A stretch of 39,373 nt of DNA, from the NCBI GenBank assembly GCA_964435105.1, contig CAYSYJ010000002.1, positions 1-39,373 of the forward strand, in the 5' to 3' direction. The position numbers were made by a program, and so were the translations under genes. This document shows, piece by piece, positions 32,691 to 39,373 of this stretch; position 1 is the stretch's first letter, and every line of letters starts with the position of its first letter. The notes beneath the pieces were generated by a model. It was not told the origin of the DNA. It saw only the letters and a program-made list of their open reading frames with translations, and made no database searches. The stretch is from an uncultured Elusimicrobiaceae bacterium (GTDB taxonomy: Bacteria > Elusimicrobiota > Elusimicrobia > Elusimicrobiales > UBA9959).

Positions 32691-32725
32691 ATAGCATAGC
32701 AGGCGAACCCGACAGCGTAGTGTCG
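32691..32725 (-). repeat. 35-bp hairpin-containing element, copy 2 (see 26350-26384)
   Basis: Reverse complement cgacactacgctgtcgggttcgcctgctatgctat, ending 25 nt upstream of the AlbA_2 gene ATG. Confidence 0.7.
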
Positions 32726-32735
32726 GGTGCGGTTC

Positions 32736-32760
32736 TCTATCGAGGCTTCGCCTCGATAGA
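32736..32760. repeat. Perfect hairpin tctatcgaggc-ttc-gcctcgataga (REP-like element and possible terminator of the TPR gene)
   Basis: 11-bp perfect stem with a 3-nt loop, 8 nt downstream of the minus-strand stop at 32768. A near-identical 22-mer is found at 7818-7839. Confidence 0.65.
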
Positions 32761-32767
32761 AGGGGGG

Positions 32768-34630
32768 TCAGTCGGGGACGGCTTTGAGGAGGGCCGCGCA
32801 GCCGCGGTCCTCGTAGCGCTTAAGGACTTTCTTGTCCTGCTCCAGCTGCTTCTGCAGGTTCCACTCCGGGTCCAGCTCCTGCTCCATGGTCACGCGGTCG
32901 GCCGCGGCCACGCCCTGTATGGCCTTCAGCTCGTCGCGGATTTCGCGGCAGGTCTCCACGCGGCCGCGCAGGTCCTCGCAGCTGAACTTGAGCTTGTCGA
33001 ACACCATGTCCGAGCTGAGCGCCTCGCCGGCCTTCTCCGCTTTCCAGATAGCCCCGCAGGCCTGCGCCCTGTCTTTGGGCACGGGCTGGGCGGCGGCGGG
33101 GGAAGCGGGGGCGGCCTGCCCGGGCGGCGTCACGGCGGGTGTCGCGGCCGGGGGCGTGGCCGAGACCGGCTTGGGCGCCGGGGGCGGCTGGGGAGTAGGC
33201 GACGGCTTTTGCGCGGCCGGCTTTGGCGCGGGTGCCGGCGCGGGCCGGGGCGCGGGCTTAGCCGGCGGCGGGGATGGCTTTTTTACAACCACCGGGCGGC
33301 CATTATAGGCGGCCAGCGCCGCTTTTGCTTCTTCCAAACCGGTCACCGCCTCGGCATATTTGGGATATTCGGCCACAACCGCGGCGTAGGCCTCTACCGC
33401 CTTGGCCGGCGACTTGGGCAGGAATTTTTTCGCCTCGGCCAGCCGCGCCTTCACCGCCTTGATCTGGTCCACGCGCTCCTGGGCGCGGGCGGCGTAGTCC
33501 GACGCGCGCACCACCGGGTTCTGGTACAGGTATTCGGCGTCGGCCAGGCGGCCGTCCTTGAGCTCCAGCTCCGCCACCTTGAAACGCGACGAGGCCAGCT
33601 TGGGGTCATTGTCCGGCGCGGCCACCATATAATCCTCGTAATGGTCTATGGCCGCCTGTATATCGCCCTGCAGCGCCTTGATATCGCCGATGGCATAATG
33701 GCTGTAGGCCGCCTCCAGCGAGCGCGGGTAAATAGTGATTATGCGCGAATAAGCGCTGATGGCCTCGGCATTGCGCGCCTGCTCCACCAGCCGGCCCGCG
33801 CGCGCGTAGCGCTGCGCGGCGCTGTTGAGGAAAAGCTGGTAGCCAGCGCCCGCCGCCGCGAGCCCGGCGAGGAACAGGAACAGAACCGTCTTGTTGATGA
33901 CGAAAGGTTTGCGCGCCGGCTTGGGAGCCGGGGCGGTTTTGATCTCTGCCGCCGGCGCGGGGGCCGGTTCGGGCAGCGGCTCCGGCGGTGCCTCCAACTT
34001 GGCCTTTTGCACCGGCTCCGGACCGGGCTCGCGCAGAAAGACCGGCAAATCCTTCAGCTCCGGCAGGGCTGGCGGCGATATCAGCTTTGGCATCGGCGCC
34101 GGTTCAGGTTCAGCCGGCTGCGGTGCCGGCTCCGGGATTGGCACGGGGGCAGGGGCGGGCTCGGGGGCTGGCGCGGGCTCTGGCTCCGGGAGCGGGGCCG
34201 GCTCAGGCGCCGGCATGGGAATAGGTTGTGGCTCCGGCTGAGGCATAGGCGCCGGTTCAGGCGCAGGCAAGGGCTCGGGTTTAAATTCTGGAAGCGGCGG
34301 CAGCGGCTCAGGCGCGGGGGCGGCCTTAAAGGCCGGTATCTCTACAGGAGGCAGGGCGGGGGCAGGCCGCGGCGCGCTTAGCGACGCCGCCTCCGCCGCC
34401 GGCAATTGCGGCTCCGGGGCCTTAACCGGCTCCGGCTGCGGCGCGGGCTCAGGCTTTGGCTCGACCTTCGGCCCCGGGAAATTCTCTTTTATCGCCTCCC
34501 TGATGCGCGCGGGCGCGCCTGCGGGGGCGTTCTCCTTAAGCCAGTTCTCGTTCTTTACCCGGTCGTCGAGCCGCGCCAGGATCTCCTGCAGGTTGCGCAG
34601 CCCGTTCTCCAGGTCTTCGTCGTAAGCCAC
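32768..34630 (-). CDS. Single-pass membrane protein with Pro-rich (PEPAP) spacers and TPR repeats
   Basis: GTG start. N-terminal coiled segment, long PEPxP low-complexity region, TM VLFLFLAGLAAAGAGYQLF. TPR-like YARAGRLVEQARNAEAISAYSRII...AAYSHYAIGDIKALQGDIQAAIDHYEDY. A second Pro-rich spacer and a Cys-containing C-terminal domain. Confidence 0.7.
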   Translation of the reverse strand: MAYDEDLENGLRNLQEILARLDDRVKNENWLKENAPAGAPARIREAIKENFPGPKVEPKPEPAPQPEPVKAPEPQLPAAEAASLSAPRPAPALPPVEIPAFKAAPAPEPLPPLPEFKPEPLPAPEPAPMPQPEPQPIPMPAPEPAPLPEPEPAPAPEPAPAPVPIPEPAPQPAEPEPAPMPKLISPPALPELKDLPVFLREPGPEPVQKAKLEAPPEPLPEPAPAPAAEIKTAPAPKPARKPFVINKTVLFLFLAGLAAAGAGYQLFLNSAAQRYARAGRLVEQARNAEAISAYSRIITIYPRSLEAAYSHYAIGDIKALQGDIQAAIDHYEDYMVAAPDNDPKLASSRFKVAELELKDGRLADAEYLYQNPVVRASDYAARAQERVDQIKAVKARLAEAKKFLPKSPAKAVEAYAAVVAEYPKYAEAVTGLEEAKAALAAYNGRPVVVKKPSPPPAKPAPRPAPAPAPKPAAQKPSPTPQPPPAPKPVSATPPAATPAVTPPGQAAPASPAAAQPVPKDRAQACGAIWKAEKAGEALSSDMVFDKLKFSCEDLRGRVETCREIRDELKAIQGVAAADRVTMEQELDPEWNLQKQLEQDKKVLKRYEDRGCAALLKAVPD

Positions 34631-34701
34631 ATACCGATTTTATCACTTTAACGGGCCAAAGGTTCCGCCCTCGCCCGAATCTTCGCCAATATAAATATAA
34701 A

Positions 34702-34730
34702 TTGCCAGCCCGAACGCGAAGATATAGAAT
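34702..34730 (+). promoter_or_regulatory. Promoter TTGCCA-N17-TAGAAT upstream of the MazG-like/DUF2075 operon
   Basis: TTGCCA at 34702-34707 and TAGAAT at 34725-34730. Alternative: TAGTAT at 34758-34763, 6 nt before the ATG, which is the same geometry as the fur promoter. Confidence 0.45.
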
Positions 34731-34769
34731 AAAAACAGGTTAGGCGGGAGCGCATACTAGTATAACAAC

Positions 34770-35123
34770 ATGTCCAACATCAAAACCTTAACAAGGGCCA
34801 TTCTCCATTTCCGCGACGCCCGCGACTGGGCGCAATTCCACAACCCCAAAGACGTAGCCATCTCCCTCACCCTGGAAGCAGCCGAACTGCTGGAGCACTT
34901 CCAGTGGAAAACCCCGGCCGAAGTGAAGGCCCACATAAAAGCCCGCAAAGAAGACATCTCCGATGAACTGGCCGATGTGCTGTACTGGGTGCTGTTGCTG
35001 GGCCATGACCTTAAAATAGACATCCCCGCCGCTCTGGCCTCGAAACTCAGGAAGAACGCCCAGAAATACCCCGTTTCCAAAGCCAAAGGCCGCATCACCA
35101 AGTACACGGAGCTGCCTGCGTGA
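34770..35123 (+). CDS. MazG-like nucleotide pyrophosphohydrolase (small all-alpha NTP-PPase)
   Basis: ILHFRDARDWAQFHNPKDVAISLTLEAAELLEHFQWK...ISDELADVLYWVLLLGHDLKIDIPAALASKLRKNAQKYP carries the EExxE/D-type metal-binding helices typical of this family. Confidence 0.8.
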   Translation: MSNIKTLTRAILHFRDARDWAQFHNPKDVAISLTLEAAELLEHFQWKTPAEVKAHIKARKEDISDELADVLYWVLLLGHDLKIDIPAALASKLRKNAQKYPVSKAKGRITKYTELPA

Positions 35124-37501
35124 TAGTCTACAGCGCCGACAAGGCCCGCTTCCGGCAGGATGTCATGTCCAATGACATCGGCGGCATTATCTTTGACACT
35201 TTCAAGGCTGTAACCGGCCACAGCACCCCGCGCAATCAAATCCTCGCCTGGGCCAACTCCCTGCAGTACATGGAGCGCGTCATAGCCGACCCCGCCATCC
35301 CCGAAGACGCCGGCGTGGCCATAGAGTACCACATCCCCCGCTCCAGCAAGCGCATAGACTTCATCCTCACCGGCGCCGACGCCGCCCAAACCGACACCGC
35401 CGTGCTCGTAGAGCTGAAGCAGTGGCAGCACGCCGACCTCACCACCAAAGACGCCGTGGTAACCACAGTCTTCAGCGGCGGCCCCCGGGAAACCGCCCAC
35501 CCCAGCTACCAGGCCTGGAGCTACAAGCGCCTCATAGAGGACTACAACGAGACCGTCCGCCACGAGAAGATACAGCTCCTGCCCTGCGCCTATCTCCACA
35601 ATTACGAGCCGGACAGCGTAATAAACAACCCTTTCTACGCCCAATACACCACAGAGGCCCCCGTCTTCCTCAAGCCCGACGCCCTCAAGCTGCAGGCTTT
35701 CATAAAGCGCCACATAAAATACGGCGACAGGAACAAGCTCCTCTACCGCATAGACCAGGGCAGGATAAAGCCGTCCAAGAGCCTGGCCGACAGCCTGGCC
35801 AGCATGATAAAGGGCAACCAGGAATTCGTAATGGTGGACGACCAGAAGATCGTCTACGAAACCGCCCTCGCCCTGGCCACCCAGGCCGGCACCGGCCAAA
35901 AGCACGTGCTTATAGTTGAAGGCGGCCCCGGCACCGGCAAAAGCGTAGTGGCCATAAACCTGCTCGTCGCCCTCACCAACAAGGAACTGGTCGCCCAATA
36001 CGTCACGCGCAACTCCGCCCCGCGCCTGGTATACGAAGCCAAGCTCGCCGGCACCCTGCGCCGCACGCATATAAGCAATATGTTCAGCGGCTCCGGCGCC
36101 TACCACGACGCCGAGCCCAACACCTACGACTGCCTTATCGTGGACGAAGCCCACCGCCTTAACGCCAAGTCCGGCTGGCTATCGAGCAAAGGCGAGAACC
36201 AGGTAAAAGAGCTCATCAACGCCGCCAAGCTCGCCGTGTTCTTCATAGACGAAGACCAGAAGGTGACGCTTAAGGACATAGGCGAAAAGGAAGAGATCCG
36301 CCGCTGGGCCAAAAAGCACGTGGCCAAGGTAACCGAGCTAAAGCTGGAATCCCAGTTCCGCTGCAATGGCTCGGACGGCTACCTGGCCTGGCTCGACAAC
36401 GCCCTGCAGATAGGCAAGACCGCCAACGACCTGCTGGACAACCGCGACTACGACTTCAGGATAATGCCCGACCCCGCCGCCCTGCACGCCCTTATCCGCC
36501 AGAAGAACGCCGGCAACAAGGCCCGCGTGGTGGCCGGCTACTGCTGGAAGTGGATCAGCCAGAACGATCCCTCGCGCAAAGACATAGTGATAGGGGATTA
36601 CCAGGCGGCCTGGAACCTAAAGGACGACGGCCAGACCTGGATAATACAGCCCGACTCGGTAAGCGAGGTGGGCTGCATACACACCTGCCAGGGCCTGGAG
36701 CTGGACTACGTGGGCGTGATAGTGGGCCCGGACCTTATAGCCCGCGACGGCGAAATTATAACCTCGCCCGCCGCCCGCGCCAGCACCGACAAGAGCCTGC
36801 AAGGCTGGCGCGCCTTGTACGACAAGGACCCAGAAGCCGCCAAGCGCCGCCTGGACCTGCTGATAAAGAACACCTACCGCACGCTAATGACCCGCGGCCA
36901 GAAGGGCTGCTACGTGTATTTCACCGACGGGGAGACGGCCGAATATTTCAAGGGCCTGCTGCAGGCCGGCCCCGCCCCCGCGCCGGCCGAGGGCCTGGCC
37001 GCAAAGCTGAAGAGGCTCTTTAACGTAGAGTCCGCCGTGCCCGACGCGCTTAAATGGAAGGACTACCTGCCCGTCTACAGCCTTGAGGCCGCCTGCGGCG
37101 GCTTTGGCCGCGGCATGGCCGTGGAGCCGCAGGGCTGGGCCAAATGCCCGCCCGGCCTTAAGCCCGACCGAAACATGTTCGTGGCCAGGGTGTGCGGCCG
37201 CTCCATGGAGCCGCGCCTGCACGACGGCGATCATTGCGTTTTCCGCGCCAACGTGGCCGGCACCCGCCAGAACAAAATAGTGCTGGTGCAGCACAGCAGC
37301 ATAGCCGACCCCGACACCGGCGGCAGCTACACCGTAAAGAAGTACACCAGCCGCAAGAAGTACGCCGCCGACGGCACCTGGCAGCACGAGGAAATAGTGC
37401 TGAAGCCGCTGAATGCCGAGTTTGAGGATATTGTTATCCCGAACGCGGAGGATGAAGAGTTCATGGTGGTGGCGGAAGTGGTTAATATACTTGATGATTA
37501 G
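35120..37501 (+). CDS. DUF2075 (Schlafen group-3-like) PD-(D/E)xK nuclease / P-loop helicase-like protein fused to a C-terminal S24 (LexA/UmuD-type) peptidase domain
   Basis: GTGA overlap with the MazG-like stop. IEYHIPRSSKRIDFILTG...VLVELKQW (nuclease core). VEGGPGTGKSVVAINLL (Walker A). CLIVDEAHRL (Walker B). QFRCNGSDGYLAWLDNAL, IHTCQGLELDYVGVIVGPDL and KNTYRTLMTRGQKGCYVYF are DUF2075 hallmarks. C-terminal LPVYSLEAACGGFG...VCGRSMEPRLHDGDHCVF...GGSYTVKKY is an S24 scissile site plus Ser/Lys dyad. Confidence 0.85.
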   Translation: MIVYSADKARFRQDVMSNDIGGIIFDTFKAVTGHSTPRNQILAWANSLQYMERVIADPAIPEDAGVAIEYHIPRSSKRIDFILTGADAAQTDTAVLVELKQWQHADLTTKDAVVTTVFSGGPRETAHPSYQAWSYKRLIEDYNETVRHEKIQLLPCAYLHNYEPDSVINNPFYAQYTTEAPVFLKPDALKLQAFIKRHIKYGDRNKLLYRIDQGRIKPSKSLADSLASMIKGNQEFVMVDDQKIVYETALALATQAGTGQKHVLIVEGGPGTGKSVVAINLLVALTNKELVAQYVTRNSAPRLVYEAKLAGTLRRTHISNMFSGSGAYHDAEPNTYDCLIVDEAHRLNAKSGWLSSKGENQVKELINAAKLAVFFIDEDQKVTLKDIGEKEEIRRWAKKHVAKVTELKLESQFRCNGSDGYLAWLDNALQIGKTANDLLDNRDYDFRIMPDPAALHALIRQKNAGNKARVVAGYCWKWISQNDPSRKDIVIGDYQAAWNLKDDGQTWIIQPDSVSEVGCIHTCQGLELDYVGVIVGPDLIARDGEIITSPAARASTDKSLQGWRALYDKDPEAAKRRLDLLIKNTYRTLMTRGQKGCYVYFTDGETAEYFKGLLQAGPAPAPAEGLAAKLKRLFNVESAVPDALKWKDYLPVYSLEAACGGFGRGMAVEPQGWAKCPPGLKPDRNMFVARVCGRSMEPRLHDGDHCVFRANVAGTRQNKIVLVQHSSIADPDTGGSYTVKKYTSRKKYAADGTWQHEEIVLKPLNAEFEDIVIPNAEDEEFMVVAEVVNILDD

Positions 37502-37556
37502 TTCGTTTTCTGGAAGGAGCCGCCAGGGATATTAGCTTATAGATTTTTATACAAAT

Positions 37557-39323
37557 ATGCCAGCTTACGATTTCAAAACCCTGTCCCCATTGGATTTCGA
37601 ATCACTAGTTCGAGATTTGCTTCAAGAGGAGTTAAAAATAACCCTTGAGTCTTTTAAGCCTGGAAGAGACTCTGGTATAGATTTTAGGTATGCGGCTTCG
37701 GTGCGCAACATGCTTGTGGTTCAAGCGAAACACTTCGTGGGAAGTGGCTTTGATAAATTGATTTCTCATTTGGTTAAAGATGAGTTGCCAAAAGTAAAGT
37801 TGCTAAATCCAGAGCGATATTTGATAGCAACTTCGGTTCCATTGAGCCCTTTGCAAAAAGAAAAGATTGTAGTGGCGATGGATAGCACGATTAAAAGTCC
37901 GACAGATATTTTTGGGTGCGATGATCTAAATAATCTGTTGGGGAAGTTTCCAAGGGTTGAGGAGCAGACTTTTAAATTGTGGTTTTCAAGTGTGGCAGTT
38001 CTGGAAAAACTATTGCATTCCAAGCTGAAGAATTTCTCTAGAGGTTCGCTGGAGGGCATACGAGAGAAGTCTAGGGTTTATGTTTCCAATAAGAGTTTCC
38101 AAGAAGCCATTGAATTGATTAAATCCCAACACTATTGTGTAATTGCGGGAGTCCCTGGAATTGGAAAGACAATTCTGGCAGAGATGTTGGGCCTATATTT
38201 TGCGAAGCAGGGCTTTGAGTTTATTCGAATTACAACAGCCAAGGAAGCCTTTGAGTTTGACTTTGAGCATAGTCCAAGATTTCTGTATTACGATGACTTT
38301 TTAGGGCAGACTTCTTCAGCTGATAAACTGGAGAAGAATGAAGACCAGGCATTGATTGAACTTATTGCGGAAATCCGCAGATCAAAAGTATCCATACTGG
38401 TGCTGACCACACGTGGATATATTTTAAATCAGGCACGTCAGGAGTATGCGAAGATTGATTATCTAGCGAGAACTGAACTTAAACCATATGTGGTCGATTT
38501 GGAGAAGTATACTCGAGAAATTAAAGCGAAGATATTGTATAACCACCTATTCTTCTCAACTATTGATAGAAAAGCTCTTCAATTAATTATCAAAACCTCA
38601 AATCTATGCAAGATTATCGACCACCCGAATTACAGTCCGCGTATAATTGAGCACATGACGCGCGCTGTCCCTTCGTGTGGCTTAACCGCAGAAGAGTATC
38701 TGCGCAGTTTCCTTGAAAGTCTTGATAATCCAACGGAAATTTGGAGATATGCTTTTGAACGGCATATCAATTCCGCCTCACGGAACCTTTTGCTGTCGCT
38801 TTTTTCCCTACCGAGTCCAAGTTCTGTGGAAAGTTTGTTCAGAGCGTTTCAATCCATGACGGAAGGGGATGCGAGATCCTTTCGGGAGTCTCTAAAAGAA
38901 CTCGATGGAACGTTTGTAAAGATTCGAGTCGAGTTGGGAAGGACACTGGTAGAATTTCACAATCCATCAGTGCGTGACTTTCTAAATACGTACCTTGCCG
39001 CAAATGTGGATTTGCTGCGGCATGTCGCTGACTGTGCCGCGTTTTGGGAACAGTTAGATTGGCTCTGCAGAAATAGGAATAACGGCGAATTGGGTAAATC
39101 CATAAGAGAGCATGTAATTGGTGCAGATGTCGGGCAGTTTTTTGAAAGAATATCGAAGGCATTGAAATATCCGAGTGCATCAATGATGCGAATTCGCTAC
39201 AACAAGTCTGACATTAAACTTAAAGATTGGAATGTTTCATTGTTGCGAAGAGTTGGAGTCTTGATAGACGTGGCAGTCTCCTACCGAATCGGCTCAGAAC
39301 GATTCCTAAGTGATATAGTGTAA
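37557..39323 (+). CDS. Mrr-type restriction-endonuclease domain fused to a STAND-like P-loop NTPase (Avs-like, short form)
   Basis: N-terminus LSPLDFESLVRDLLQEEL...KPGRDSGIDFRY...LVVQAKH (D...QxK nuclease core). Walker A CVIAGVPGIGKTILAEML. Walker B RFLYYDDFLG. Helical C-terminal region. Strongly AT-rich relative to the rest of the window. Confidence 0.75.
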   Translation: MPAYDFKTLSPLDFESLVRDLLQEELKITLESFKPGRDSGIDFRYAASVRNMLVVQAKHFVGSGFDKLISHLVKDELPKVKLLNPERYLIATSVPLSPLQKEKIVVAMDSTIKSPTDIFGCDDLNNLLGKFPRVEEQTFKLWFSSVAVLEKLLHSKLKNFSRGSLEGIREKSRVYVSNKSFQEAIELIKSQHYCVIAGVPGIGKTILAEMLGLYFAKQGFEFIRITTAKEAFEFDFEHSPRFLYYDDFLGQTSSADKLEKNEDQALIELIAEIRRSKVSILVLTTRGYILNQARQEYAKIDYLARTELKPYVVDLEKYTREIKAKILYNHLFFSTIDRKALQLIIKTSNLCKIIDHPNYSPRIIEHMTRAVPSCGLTAEEYLRSFLESLDNPTEIWRYAFERHINSASRNLLLSLFSLPSPSSVESLFRAFQSMTEGDARSFRESLKELDGTFVKIRVELGRTLVEFHNPSVRDFLNTYLAANVDLLRHVADCAAFWEQLDWLCRNRNNGELGKSIREHVIGADVGQFFERISKALKYPSASMMRIRYNKSDIKLKDWNVSLLRRVGVLIDVAVSYRIGSERFLSDIV

Positions 39324-39373
39324 ATCTTTTGCATCCCTTGGAGACTTCGCTTAAAACTTAATGGACACTTTTC

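Noticed and set aside
33100-34350. Apparent DNA repeats (ggctccgg / gccggc periodicity) in the 33-34 kb region.
   Set aside because: This is low-complexity coding sequence for PEPAP/PAPxP proline-rich spacers of the TPR protein. There is no defined repeat unit or boundaries suggestive of a mobile or regulatory repeat.
39361-39373. ATG at 39361 (MDTF...), possibly starting another gene of the defence cluster.
   Set aside because: Only 13 nt are available and there is no convincing RBS. It cannot be supported from this window.

Overview
High-GC bacterial chromosome segment, about two-thirds G+C by eye. The prepilin-type pseudopilin, the PorV-like gene and the FlgD-Ig/T9SS-like C-terminal sorting domain suggest an Elusimicrobia-like or other uncultivated didermic lineage, but this taxonomic guess is weak. 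I recognised no rRNA, tRNA, CRISPR array, transposase or integrase.

Layout:
- 1-6.3 kb: surface-protein cargo plus a PorV-like barrel, then housekeeping genes (nitroreductase, FKBP) and a secreted protein with a papain-like motif.
- 6.4-19.7 kb: a dense metal-homeostasis region. It holds zupT, a yceH-like gene, a TonB-dependent receptor divergent from a NikR-like regulator that is coupled to a membrane-NTPase fusion, a Fur-ferritin pair, a DUF134/NifX-like/thioesterase/IscU-like operon, and an OM protein plus ZnuA/ZnuB-like transporter with no ATPase gene.
- 19.8-26.3 kb: envelope and secreted proteins. Two paralogues share an about 210-bp duplicated upstream region plus signal peptide.
- 26.4-39.4 kb: accessory region. 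It holds a HigB/HigA-type TA pair; an AT-richer 2.2-kb islet bounded by 38-bp direct repeats (membrane protein plus HExxH protein); a secreted PLD; an AlbA_2/Schlafen-like ATPase with an in-frame 12-bp x 8 tandem repeat; a Pro-rich TPR protein; and a defence-like cluster.

The defence-like cluster is a MazG-like NTP pyrophosphatase translationally coupled to a DUF2075 nuclease/helicase-like protein that ends in a complete LexA/UmuD-type S24 self-cleaving protease. It is followed by a strongly AT-rich Mrr-nuclease/STAND-NTPase gene. The MazG + DUF2075-S24 pair is my best candidate for an undescribed system.

A recurrent promoter pattern (TTGnnn-N17-TAGAAT or TAGTAT, often only 6-9 nt from the start codon) and several palindromic operator candidates are visible. 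All protein calls rest on motif recognition by eye in the supplied translations. No database search was run.
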